Under the pieces are notes generated by a model, which was not told where the DNA came from, searched no databases, and saw nothing but the letters and a program-made list of their open reading frames with translations. DNA of 64,000 bases from Pirellulales bacterium (GTDB taxonomy: Bacteria; Planctomycetota; Planctomycetia; Pirellulales; PALSA-1355), in the NCBI GenBank assembly GCA_963733035.1, contig CAVTBU010000005.1, positions 2,176,001 to 2,240,000 of the forward strand. Reading direction: 5' to 3'. Below are positions 50,394 through 60,175 of this stretch, piece after piece. The stretch's first letter is position 1, and each line of letters starts with the position of its first letter. A program made the position numbers and the translations under genes.

Positions 50394-51854
50394 CTACTCC
50401 GGCAAGCGCCCGCGTTCGATCTTGGGGAAGCTGCCAGTGCAGCCCTGCGTCATGAATTCCACCAGATCCTTCTTATCCTGATCGTTCAGATCGAGCTTCT
50501 TGATCTTCTCGCTCAAATTCGGGTTTGGATGGCCGCCCTTGGCATACCACTCGACGACCTCCTCGAGCGTCTTCTGGCTGCCGTCGTGCATGTAGGGAGC
50601 ACTGGAAGCCACGTTGCGAATCGTCGGAGTCTTGAAGGCGCCCTTTTCTTTTTCATCCTTGGTGATCTCGAAGCGGCCCAGATCGGGATTCTCCTTGTCC
50701 ATGCCGACGCCGAGATTATGGTACTTCTCGTCGGTCAGGTTGGCGCCGACGTGACACGCCGAGCAACTTCCCTTTTCGGTAAAGTAGATCTCCATTCCGC
50801 GCTGCGCGCTCTCTGTCAGCGGGTGAGCTTCGGCGCCGGCCTTGGCGGCCTCGTAGCGGGCCTTCAACTCCTCGTCGGCTTCGATGTCCTCAGGCTCAAG
50901 CTGCTCGAACGGCTTCAAGGCCTCGGCGTAGTCAAACGGGGCCGGGCCGGTCACGATCGCTCGCTCGAACGAAGCCAGCGCCTCTCCCACGGCATCGATA
51001 TCCAAACGGCCGAAGATCTTGTCGAACTGAATCTTGTAGCCCTCAACGCCCTTCAGGCACTCAACGCAGGCATCATGCGTGTTGCCCATTTCGATCGGGT
51101 TGGCAATCGGCCCGACCGCCTGCGCTTCCAGCGAGGGGGCGCGCCCATCCCAGAATTGCTTGTCGCTGAGAATTCGGTTGTAGCTCACCGGCGAATTGCG
51201 CCCGCCGGTCTGCCCCTTGATGCCCACACCGAATTGCGTATGCCGGGCAAAGCCTTCGTCCGGATCGTGGCAATGTGCGCAACTCACGCTCACGTCGGCC
51301 GACAGTTTCGGGTCAAAGTACAATTGGCGGCCCAGTTCGATCTTGGCTCGCGTGAGCGGGTTCTTGTCGACACCTGTAATTTGCGAGGCACCTTTGGCCA
51401 TGCCCATCGGCAATTCAAAGTCGAGCGGCTCGTGGTTCTCGGGGTCGTCAAGCCAGGCCGTGATCTGTTCGACTGTCAGCTTGCCTTCGCCGGGAATTCC
51501 AGCAAATAGATCGTCAGAACCGAGCACGACTTTGCCAAGCTCGACCGTGTCGTCATTGGCTGCCGGTTCGCCGGCAGGTGGCACGTTGGCGCCTGCCTCT
51601 GGGGCCGGCTCTTCGGCGGGCTTTTCTTCTGGAGTTGGAGGCGCCTCCGAAGGTTTTGCCGGCTCGGATTCGGCGGGCATCTCCTCGCCTTCAGCGGGCA
51701 CCGTTTCGACGATGACTTCTTCTTCCTCGACAACGACGGTTCCATCGGTCGTATTGGGCTCCGGCCCGGGTTTCTTCTCCGCGCATCCTGCGGCCGAGAC
51801 TACACCGACCAGCAATATTGCCAGCGCGGCGGTCCACTTGAGAGTCGTGTTCAT
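50394..51854 (-). CDS. Diheme cytochrome c peroxidase/MauG-family lipoprotein
   Basis: Lipobox AAGC, CAHCH and CSACH, QFWDGRA, FKTPTIRN..APYMHDG, VVEWY. Confidence 0.92.
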   Translation of the reverse strand: MNTTLKWTAALAILLVGVVSAAGCAEKKPGPEPNTTDGTVVVEEEEVIVETVPAEGEEMPAESEPAKPSEAPPTPEEKPAEEPAPEAGANVPPAGEPAANDDTVELGKVVLGSDDLFAGIPGEGKLTVEQITAWLDDPENHEPLDFELPMGMAKGASQITGVDKNPLTRAKIELGRQLYFDPKLSADVSVSCAHCHDPDEGFARHTQFGVGIKGQTGGRNSPVSYNRILSDKQFWDGRAPSLEAQAVGPIANPIEMGNTHDACVECLKGVEGYKIQFDKIFGRLDIDAVGEALASFERAIVTGPAPFDYAEALKPFEQLEPEDIEADEELKARYEAAKAGAEAHPLTESAQRGMEIYFTEKGSCSACHVGANLTDEKYHNLGVGMDKENPDLGRFEITKDEKEKGAFKTPTIRNVASSAPYMHDGSQKTLEEVVEWYAKGGHPNPNLSEKIKKLDLNDQDKKDLVEFMTQGCTGSFPKIERGRLPE

Positions 51855-51859
51855 GATGT

Positions 51860-52591
51860 TTATCTCCTCCGCTTGCCGCGCGATTCGGCCGCCTCTACCG
51901 GAGGCGTCAGTTCCGCACTAGGCAAAAAGAAATTGTCATACAATAGCGCGGCCACCGCTCCACCGGCGAGCGGTCCCACAAAATACATCCACACATAGTT
52001 CAGCTCGCCGGTCGCCACGGCCGGACCGAGTGTGCGAGCCGGATTCATGCTCGCGCCCGTCAGCGGGCCGCCAACCAAAATGTCCATCGTGAGCACCAGA
52101 CCAATGGCCAAGCCAGCCACGTTTCCGTTGCGGCCATGGATGCCCGAGGCAAACACGGCAATTACGAGGAAAAACGTAAGCACTCCTTCCAGCACGATCA
52201 CCTTGGCCGCATTCGCTCCTTCGGCGGCATTTGCGATACCGGGCGTCAAGCGACCGACCGTCGAACCGAGCGATGAACCCGGACCGACGAACCATTGAAG
52301 CAGGTAGGCCGCGGCGATGCACCCCAAAAACTGAGCAATCCAGTAGCTAATTGCTTTGCCGATCGGAATCCGACCGGAGATGGCAATGCCAAACGTTACC
52401 GCGGGGTTCACGTGGGCGCCGGAGATGCTACCCCAGGCGAAGACAATGACCATCAGCGCCAGTCCGTGAGCCAGGGCCACGCCCACTAGCCCGGCTGACC
52501 CCGGGTCGGCCACGGCACCAGCTCCCGCTCCGATCAAAACGAGCGTGAAAGTGCCGATCAACTCCGCGATTGCCGCCCTGGTATCCAACAC
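51860..52591 (-). CDS. MIP-family aquaporin
   Basis: SGAHVNPAVT and GASMNPAR, six TM segments. Confidence 0.95.
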   Translation of the reverse strand: MLDTRAAIAELIGTFTLVLIGAGAGAVADPGSAGLVGVALAHGLALMVIVFAWGSISGAHVNPAVTFGIAISGRIPIGKAISYWIAQFLGCIAAAYLLQWFVGPGSSLGSTVGRLTPGIANAAEGANAAKVIVLEGVLTFFLVIAVFASGIHGRNGNVAGLAIGLVLTMDILVGGPLTGASMNPARTLGPAVATGELNYVWMYFVGPLAGGAVAALLYDNFFLPSAELTPPVEAAESRGKRRR

Positions 52592-52656
52592 AGAAATCCT
52601 CGCCCGACGTTAGTTGTTATTGGCAAACGCTAGCGGAGCCCCACGACGGTTGAATA

Positions 52657-52677
52657 TATCAATAATGATTATTGATA
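52657..52677. promoter_or_regulatory. Fur/PerR-family-like operator overlapping a minus-strand promoter
   Basis: Perfect 10-1-10 palindrome TATCAATAAT-G-ATTATTGATA; TTGTAT-N16-TATATT on the minus strand. Confidence 0.7.
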
Positions 52678-52862
52678 CAAGACACAGGGTCTAAGCTACT
52701 GGACGATGGCCGTTTCGACCGTGCCGCGCAATTTACGTTCCGCCTCCATTCCCGCAGGTGTCGAAAAGGCATGTCTCTCTCGTCGGTGGGGCCAAGGCAC
52801 AGTTTCCATTGCCGTCCATGTATGCGCCACGGATGAAACTCTCAGACGAGACTCTCGGCGGA

Positions 52863-53675
52863 TCAAACGCCCATCAAGTAGCAGGCCAGCCATTCGAAGG
52901 CACGTTGGGGCAGGATCCGGCGGAGCGGCACCACGATCTTCTGGCTCACCATGCCGACCGGGTAGCGCAGTTTTGGCCGCGGGTGATTCAGAATTCGTTC
53001 CGCCAAAAGCGCGATCGGTTCGGGCGTCGGCGCGCCAGCTTCGTCCTGTTCTTGCTTGTTCTTGAAATACTCGAACGCGTCGCGATACGCGTCGTTCGTT
53101 TCAGCGGCCGCCGCAATCCGCCGGCTTTCGGTGATCTGCGTGCGAAAATCCCCGGGCTCAATAAGCACCACGTGGATGCCCATGCGCAGCGTTTCAAAAC
53201 GCAGGCTCTCGCTGACCCCCTCCAAAGCAAACTTGCTAGCGCTGTAAAGTCCGCTGAACGGAAGCCCAAAAGTGCCGGCCAGCGAGCTGATGTTGACGAT
53301 GTATCCGCTCCCCTGGTTGCGCATGATTGGGAGCACCGCGCGACATACGCGAAGCACGCCAAAGAAATTGGTTTCGAGTTGGGCCTTGGCTTCCTCAATT
53401 GTCGTGTCCTCGACCGAACCTGCCCAGGCAATGCCCGCGTTGTTGATCACCGCGTCGATATGCCCGGCCCGTTGGTGCACATCCTCGACAGCTTGCCTGA
53501 CGGAAGTTTCGTCGTCGACGTCCATCCGCACCATTTCGACGCCGTCGGCGTCTTCCCGATGACTGCGCGACGTGCCGAACACGCGCCAACCACGTGAGGC
53601 CAGGTGTCGACCACAGGCCCGCCCAATGCCCGAAGATGCGCCGGTGATGAGCACTGTCCGAGAGGAAGTAGACAT
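52863..53675 (-). CDS. SDR-family oxidoreductase
   Basis: TGASSGIG, NNAG, YSASK. Confidence 0.93.
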   Translation of the reverse strand: MSTSSRTVLITGASSGIGRACGRHLASRGWRVFGTSRSHREDADGVEMVRMDVDDETSVRQAVEDVHQRAGHIDAVINNAGIAWAGSVEDTTIEEAKAQLETNFFGVLRVCRAVLPIMRNQGSGYIVNISSLAGTFGLPFSGLYSASKFALEGVSESLRFETLRMGIHVVLIEPGDFRTQITESRRIAAAAETNDAYRDAFEYFKNKQEQDEAGAPTPEPIALLAERILNHPRPKLRYPVGMVSQKIVVPLRRILPQRAFEWLACYLMGV

Positions 53676-53839
53676 GATGCGGTTCGCCAATCCTTTCTGG
53701 GCGAGAGAGATTCTTGTCGCGGCGCGGTTGACTGGCCCAGGCTGCCAAGCCAGCGCGCGTCATCACGCTCAGCAGGATACGCGTTCTTGAGAGTACGTGC
53801 CAGATATTGACCTTCGGGTCCGATTGTCTAGGCGCTGGC

Positions 53840-54371
53840 TCATTCAAACGACAAGTCCTCTTCCACGCCGACGAGTTCGGACATCACGACGCGAAGTTTG
53901 TGTGAGATTCGCTCCAGCCGCTTGCGGACGGCCTCGGGCGTGATGGTCAGGCGCTCGGCGGCCGCCGTGGAGTTCAGGCCCTGCAGACGACACAGCGAAA
54001 AGGTTTCCCACTCGCTGGGCGTGGCCTGCACGCGAAACAACTCGACCGCTTCCTGCAGGATCTCAATCTTGAATTGGCGATCTAGCTCAGCGGCAGGATC
54101 CGTCGCGCCGGGATCCTGTAAACCGGAATTGAAGAAACTCGCCGCATCGAACTGAACGTCGCCGCGAGCCGAACTCGCGCGGACGTGGTCGATGGCCCGC
54201 CTGCGCACGATGATGTACAGCCAGCGACGAAAACCACCCCGCGCCCGATCGTACTGGAAATTCGGCAATTGCCGAATCACTTCGAACCACACGTCCTGCA
54301 GCAGATCCTCTACCTGGTCGGCCTGAAAGCTCACTTTGCGCAAAGCGGGTCAGGATTTGGAGAAGCGACAA
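53840..54371 (-). CDS. ECF sigma factor, apparent frameshift near 54345 (5' end uncertain)
   Basis: VEDLLQDVW, GFRRWLYIIVR, region-4 HTH; QILTRFA in the neighbouring frame joins RKVSFQ. Confidence 0.8.
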
Positions 54372-54741
54372 ACGCGACCGGCCCCGCGAATACCTTACCA
54401 GGACAATTCTTCACGATTTCCTTGCCAAAATTACGTCACAGTTGGTCATCAAACCCGAACAGACTTGGGGACGGCTGTGCACCCAACCGCAATTGGCCCT
54501 GTTTAAGGCACTCTCGACCCGGACCTCGGCTTGAAAATCTCAGGCCGGCGCGTTCCGTGTACCTTTGCAGAGCCAAAACAGGCTGAGCGGGGTGAACGGC
54601 TGGTGGCTGGCGCGGGCCAACTCGTGAAGTGGCGTGGCGCAACTCATCGTGCTTTGATGCCTGTTACACTTTCAACGAACATCAGACTTGCCCGAATTCC
54701 AAACCACGGGCAGCGGGCTCGACTAATCAGGGGGGACGCTA

Positions 54742-56405
54742 ATGTCTAGGACTATCCAGGCTGCCACGGCCATGCTGGCCGTGCTACTCTTTGGCTCGGC
54801 CGCCGATGCCCAAACGCGCGTCGTCACGATTGGCGACAGTTGGGCCGGCTTTGTGGCCAATGGCGCGCCCGGCTCGGCTGCCGATTCCGGCACGGGCAAT
54901 AGCGTCCAGGCGATGCTCGATATCTTTCACCCGGGCATCAATGTGTACAACGGCTCGTTCTACGGCGGTACCGCCGCGCAGCATGCCGCCAACCTGGCGC
55001 AGATCACGGCCAACATCAACGCGGCGGGTCCCGACGTCGACGTAGTGTGGCTCAGCTCTGGCGGCAACGATTTGCTGCTCGGTCAACTCGGCGGCGGTTA
55101 CAGCCGCCTGAACACGCCGGCACAAAACGCCGCCGTCTATGCCGCCATGCAGGCCAATGTCCAGACGGTCGTCAACGGGATCCTCGCCATTCGCCCGGAC
55201 ATCCAGGTTGTCATCGCTGGTTACGACTACCTCAACGTGTGGGACGGACCCGACCAAATGGCGCTGAACAATGTGCGTCTGAATTTGGGCTTGATCAAGT
55301 CCGGCAACACGGCAGTCGACCTGGTGCAAAATGCCGACCTTAATCAGGCCTTCAAAGATGCCGGCGCACTGAAGCAATCCATCGCCGACAATAGCAGCCG
55401 CGTCCACTACGTCAGCGACTTCGGCTTGAACAACACGACCGCTGGCTACAGCGGCTACTTCGGCAGCGTGCCTGCAGGCCCCTATCCGCCGGAACTCTAT
55501 CCGGCCGCTCCCACGCCGACTTCGCGGATGGGAAATGGCGACCCGATTCATCTAAACACGACTGGTTACAATGCCTTGGCGTTGAACATGGAGGCCAACT
55601 TTTTCGACACAGCCTTTTTGCCCGCCACGCTGGCGGTTGATGCCTCGACGCTCAATTTTGGCTTGACCCGCGTTGGCACTACCGCAAGTCAAAGCATCAC
55701 CGCCTCGAATGCCGGCCCAAACTTCACCAAAGTTGAGGGGCTGACCTTTGGTGCCGCCAGCGGCGAGTTTGACGGGGCGTCCGAAGCCTTCAACCCACTG
55801 TTCCAGGACCCCACGCTTGGCAGCGACACCGCCAGCAAGACGTATCACTTCTCGCCCACCAGCCGTGGCCAGGCCGACCAAAACGTATCTCTGACGAGCG
55901 ACAGCGGCAGTCCGGGCCTCGCCCTGACGGGTGTTGGCGTTGGGCCCGAGTTCGATGCCAGCGCCGCAACACTCGACTTCGGTACAACGCCCCTCGGTTC
56001 GTTGGCCCTGGACGTGGCGAACATTTCCATCGACCTGAATGCTGGGAACTTCGATCTCACAAACCTCACGCTCCTTTTGGCCACCATCACGGGGCCAGAC
56101 AATGCGCTGTTCATGCTCAGTGGATTCACACCCGGGATGGTTCTCGGACAGGGTGGACTTGCTAACTTCAGCGTGGACTACCTGGGTGTCGGCCCGGCAG
56201 GCGCAAGAGCGCCACGCTGACGTTCGCAACCGACCAAGGCGCCGCCGTCGGTGTCGCAGGCGAAAGCTTCAGCATTCCCCTGGCCGCGGTACTCGTGCCG
56301 GAGCCGGCAAGCGCGGTGCTATTCGGGCTGGCTCTGGTCGGGCTGATGGCTCCGCGCCGGCAGCGGGCACCGCGCGGGCTAGGTTTGCAACCCGGCGCCA
56401 ATTAG
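54742..56405 (+). CDS. SGNH/GDSL-like hydrolase with Ig-like repeats and PEP-CTERM tail; apparent 1-nt deletion near 56204
   Basis: Signal peptide, GDSW, GGND, DPIH; shifted frame gives VPEPASAVLFGLALVGLMAPRRQR. Confidence 0.85.
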
Positions 56406-56408
56406 CGT

Positions 56409-57191
56409 TCATTTGGCGTCAGGCGAAGCCGCCGAATCGGCTGCGGGTTCCTCGGTTGTCGGGAGGGGAAGTGCTTTGCGCAGCCGCGGATCATCCAGCA
56501 CCGCCAGGGCCTTCTTTTGAATTTCAACCGCAGCTTCCGATTTGCCGGTGGCCATCGCCACCGAAAGCAGCTGGTCGATTTCATTCACAAAATTTCGTTC
56601 GTTGAATTGCTTGAAGGCCGCTCCACCGAACTTGGGGTCGTTGTAGTGTGACGTATTCAACTCGTACATTTCCTTGACTCGGCTGAATGCCTGTACCGGA
56701 TCGCCAAAGTACTTGCCCGCCAAGTCGAAACGTTGAGCAGCAAACACGGCATCCTTGGCGGCAAACCAATAACGTTTGGCCAGATCAGGATGCGCCTTAT
56801 CCACTTGCTCGAACAGGTCGACCGTCTGGCTTTCGCGTCCCACAACGCGGTTGAAGGCGGCGGCGTCTTGAAACAGAGCAAACGTTCCGCCGGTCTCGAG
56901 CACCTGCTTGATCGTGTGGTCGCGCGTTTCCAATAGCGCAACGCGTGCCGGTGGATAATCGTCGCTCAGTTTCTTCCAGGCCGACAGAGCAAACGACAGC
57001 CGTACGCCGACCATTGCCGGATCGTGCTCAAGCGCATGCTCGTGAAACCATTGATGCCGCTCGAGCGCTTCGGCATGTTCGCCCCGCCGAGCAAGCACAT
57101 TCGTATCGAACAGATACTTTTGCATGTCTTCCGCATATGCCGTGGCGCAGAACAGCACGAAAGATACAGCGAGAATTGTTTTCATGGCCAT
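56409..57191 (-). CDS. Secreted helical hypothetical protein
   Basis: Signal peptide (ATAYA), long ORF. Confidence 0.75.
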   Translation of the reverse strand: MAMKTILAVSFVLFCATAYAEDMQKYLFDTNVLARRGEHAEALERHQWFHEHALEHDPAMVGVRLSFALSAWKKLSDDYPPARVALLETRDHTIKQVLETGGTFALFQDAAAFNRVVGRESQTVDLFEQVDKAHPDLAKRYWFAAKDAVFAAQRFDLAGKYFGDPVQAFSRVKEMYELNTSHYNDPKFGGAAFKQFNERNFVNEIDQLLSVAMATGKSEAAVEIQKKALAVLDDPRLRKALPLPTTEEPAADSAASPDAK

Positions 57192-57371
57192 GGTTTCCGA
57201 ATGGTGTATCGAGAATTGCGTTCCGCGCCGAACATCCCACCATTGTGTGGCATGCCTCTCCGCGTGTCACGCAAATTGCCGTCACGCGGAGGACCGTTTA
57301 CTACTATTCCCACCCGCCCGCATCGGCCATACTGGCATGTGGCTCGCAACGTTTCTCCTGGCGGACTTCCG

Positions 57372-57962
57372 ATGAAATACTGGCTCGGCCGCTTCTACCT
57401 GTGGCTGTTTGGGTGGAAGCTGCTGGGGCAAAAGCCGCCTTATCGCAAGTATCTGATCCTGGCCGCTCCGCACACCAGCAACTGGGATGTGCCGGTCATG
57501 TTGGCGATGGCCTACGTCTACGGAATCCACGTCTCGTGGATCGGCAAGCACTCGCTGTTTCGCGGTCCGCTGGGTCCCTGCATGCGGTGGCTCGGCGGCG
57601 TACCGGTCGACCGCCGCTCGCGCAACAATGCCGTGCAGCAGATGGTCGAGGAGTTCGAGCGTCGCGATGAACTCGCCCTACTGATTACTCCCGAAGGAAC
57701 CCGCGGCCGCGCGGACTATTGGAAGAGCGGCTTCTACTATATTGCCCGCCAGGCCCACGTACCGATCGTGCTAGGACTATTGGATTTCAAGAAACGGGTC
57801 GGTGGGCTCGTCGAAGCCATCGAACCAACGGGCGACTTAGCGGCCGACATGGACAAGATTCGAGCATTCTATCAAGGCGCATCGGGCAAGTACCCCGAGG
57901 ATTTCGGGCCGGTGCGGCTGCGCGAGGAAGAACCGGCCGGCTCGTCGTCGAGCAACTCGTAG
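57372..57962 (+). CDS. Lysophospholipid acyltransferase (PlsC family)
   Basis: PHTSNWD (HX4D), PEGTR, WKSGFY. Confidence 0.92.
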   Translation: MKYWLGRFYLWLFGWKLLGQKPPYRKYLILAAPHTSNWDVPVMLAMAYVYGIHVSWIGKHSLFRGPLGPCMRWLGGVPVDRRSRNNAVQQMVEEFERRDELALLITPEGTRGRADYWKSGFYYIARQAHVPIVLGLLDFKKRVGGLVEAIEPTGDLAADMDKIRAFYQGASGKYPEDFGPVRLREEEPAGSSSSNS

Positions 57963-57977
57963 TCGCCGCGGCCGCGG

Positions 57978-58397
57978 CTAGATCAGCAACAACGAATAGA
58001 TCACCAGCACGGCGATGGTCCAGCTCAGGCACACGACCAAACCCGCGATGCCAATCAGCGCCCACACCATCGGCCAACCTCGCGTCCAGTAGTAGAACGG
58101 GTCGAGGTCGGCCGGCTTTGGGTAGAGATAGGCGATGCTCGAAAATCCGACCAACAGACCAAGGCCCGCCGGAAATGCCCACCAGTGCACGTCGGGGACT
58201 CCCAACCGCTCGAACGCATATGCCAGGCCCAGGAACCAGGTCACCAGCCAGATCGAGCCGAAATGCACGGCACGGATATCGCGAATGTGCGGCCGCAGGT
58301 TGTTCTTGGGCACGATGTCGACGTAGGCCCACAGGACCCCGGTAACAATGATGGCCACCATGTGGAACGCGGCCAACAGAAAATACAGGGCGAGCAT
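57978..58397 (-). CDS. Four-TM hypothetical membrane protein
   Basis: Four hydrophobic segments; His near the membrane (IRAVHFGS). Confidence 0.7.
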   Translation of the reverse strand: MLALYFLLAAFHMVAIIVTGVLWAYVDIVPKNNLRPHIRDIRAVHFGSIWLVTWFLGLAYAFERLGVPDVHWWAFPAGLGLLVGFSSIAYLYPKPADLDPFYYWTRGWPMVWALIGIAGLVVCLSWTIAVLVIYSLLLI

Positions 58398-58427
58398 CGG
58401 TGGCAAGTGCCTTGCTGAAGGTGCGGC

Positions 58428-58934
58428 TTATTCGTCAGGCTCGCGCGAACATCCAAGTTCGGCGGGTGCCACGAAGTATCGCAACTCGGCGGCTCCGAGG
58501 GCAAGCTGATCTTCGTCGAATCGGAGGGCCGCCACGGCTCCCTTGCGAAACGAAATCGCACCGGGCGGCATCTGCAACAGGCTGGCGACCAATTGATCCA
58601 CGTCGGGAGCGTGACCTACCCAAACCAGTGATTGTTCCGCGCGGGCATTGGACCAGCCGATGAGTGAGTCTAAGTCGCTGCCCGGCTCCAGGGCTTCGAG
58701 TTCGACTAGTTCGGGCGCCGGTTCGACTCGCTCGCAGATGACCTGGGCCGTTTGCCGACAGCGCACCAGCGGGCTTGTGGCCACAACCTGGGGATCAAAT
58801 CCTCGCTTGACGAGTTTCTTGACAAATTTATGAAACTGCTTTGTACCCGCCGGCGTGAGCGGCCGGAGCGAGTCATCCGGATAGCGAGCGTCTCCGTGAT
58901 GCCCGGCATACGCGTGTCTCACGATGAAAAGCAT
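58428..58934 (-). CDS. sixA: SixA-type histidine phosphatase
   Basis: IVRHA, RPLT, SPLVRCRQTA, VGHAP. Confidence 0.85.
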   Translation of the reverse strand: MLFIVRHAYAGHHGDARYPDDSLRPLTPAGTKQFHKFVKKLVKRGFDPQVVATSPLVRCRQTAQVICERVEPAPELVELEALEPGSDLDSLIGWSNARAEQSLVWVGHAPDVDQLVASLLQMPPGAISFRKGAVAALRFDEDQLALGAAELRYFVAPAELGCSREPDE

Positions 58935-58980
58935 GGTCACGGGGGTCACCTCATGGTTGCGTGGTTCAATTGAGATGAAC

Positions 58981-59949
58981 CTAGCGATCGCGCCACAGCA
59001 CGCCGTCGGCAATTCCCAACTCTGTCTTGACGGCTTGGATGGCGTTCATGAATCGCCTGGCATCGCGTGGGTAGCCGGCGGTCGGTGCCAACTCTGCAAC
59101 GCGACCGCACCAGTAGTCGTTGAACGCACGCATTGCCAATTCGCGGAGGTACTTCGAAGTCATCGACGCCAGTGCCGTCGGCAAGAACGACTCACCTCCC
59201 ATACGAAACCGCACGTCGGTGCGCGTTTCGGGGGGGCCCCAACGATAGACGCTCTCGCGCAGGCCCTCGCCGTGCACCTCCACCAGTACGTCGGGAAACT
59301 CCTGCTGCAACAGCCGGCCGTATTGGTTGCGGCCGCCGTGCTTATCGCACACGACCAGCACGGGTTCGTCCTGACATTGCTGCAAGGCGGCGGAAACGAG
59401 GCTCAGTGTGGTCTTGGAGAGCGTCTCGGACTTGTTGCCGAGCGTGGCGGTCGACCGATTGAACTCATCCGGAAACACGGCGCGGCTCTGGAGCGCGATC
59501 AAACGCACGCCCAACTGCTCGAACGAGCGACGCAGCTTTTTTACGAGTTTCGTGAGTTCTTCCGGATCGGCGGCCAGTGGCAGGCGAAGATCGTAATCGA
59601 CGTGCCAGGGAACTTTGGGCAAATCGTCGACCGACGGTGGATCGAGCAACTGCCAAACGTCAAGCCAATCGGTCGGGCAATGATTCACCAGCGACAGGGC
59701 CGCCAGCACACCACGTTCGAGATGCTTGATGCCGGTCGCCGGCGAATAAAGAATCTTGGAGTCAGCGATCGGCAATCGCTGCAATCGGCTGCCGCGACGG
59801 GGAGGCGCCTTGCACACCACGCTTTTGAGGTGCTGATAGAGGTCCTGTTGTGCGTGTGGTCCGTCCACCCACCACACCGAAGCGGAGACGACGAGCGGCC
59901 CCAGGTTCGGCGCGTATCCGGCTTCGTCGGTTCCAATTAGATAGGGCAT
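58981..59949 (-). CDS. Divergent RNase HII-like protein
   Basis: GTDEAGY.P.LGPLVV, DSK, DKHGGR, LASMTSKYLRE, GYP. Confidence 0.75.
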   Translation of the reverse strand: MPYLIGTDEAGYAPNLGPLVVSASVWWVDGPHAQQDLYQHLKSVVCKAPPRRGSRLQRLPIADSKILYSPATGIKHLERGVLAALSLVNHCPTDWLDVWQLLDPPSVDDLPKVPWHVDYDLRLPLAADPEELTKLVKKLRRSFEQLGVRLIALQSRAVFPDEFNRSTATLGNKSETLSKTTLSLVSAALQQCQDEPVLVVCDKHGGRNQYGRLLQQEFPDVLVEVHGEGLRESVYRWGPPETRTDVRFRMGGESFLPTALASMTSKYLRELAMRAFNDYWCGRVAELAPTAGYPRDARRFMNAIQAVKTELGIADGVLWRDR

Positions 59950-60175
59950 CGAATTCCCTCCATGACAGCCGTCCGCAAACTCGCGAGCCATGCCGGGCCT
60001 GCCGCAGTATACCAATTGCCGCGAGCAACCATCAAATTGCGTCCGATTCGTGGCCGTATCGACCGAACGGCCTGCCCTGTATTCGTCGAAGTTGCGGCGT
60101 GTTAGGATAGAAATTTCGACCTCCCCTGCCGTTTCGCTCGCGCCTTGCGACCTGTACCCTCCCAGGAGTGCTTCC

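Noticed and set aside
57333..57348. Possible sigma54 promoter TGGCATGTGGCTCGCA
   Set aside because: The -12 element is TCGC rather than TTGC and the leader would be very short; too weak.
57978..58397. Styrene-oxide-isomerase-like assignment for the four-TM protein
   Set aside because: Only a similarly placed His; insufficient without an HMM search.
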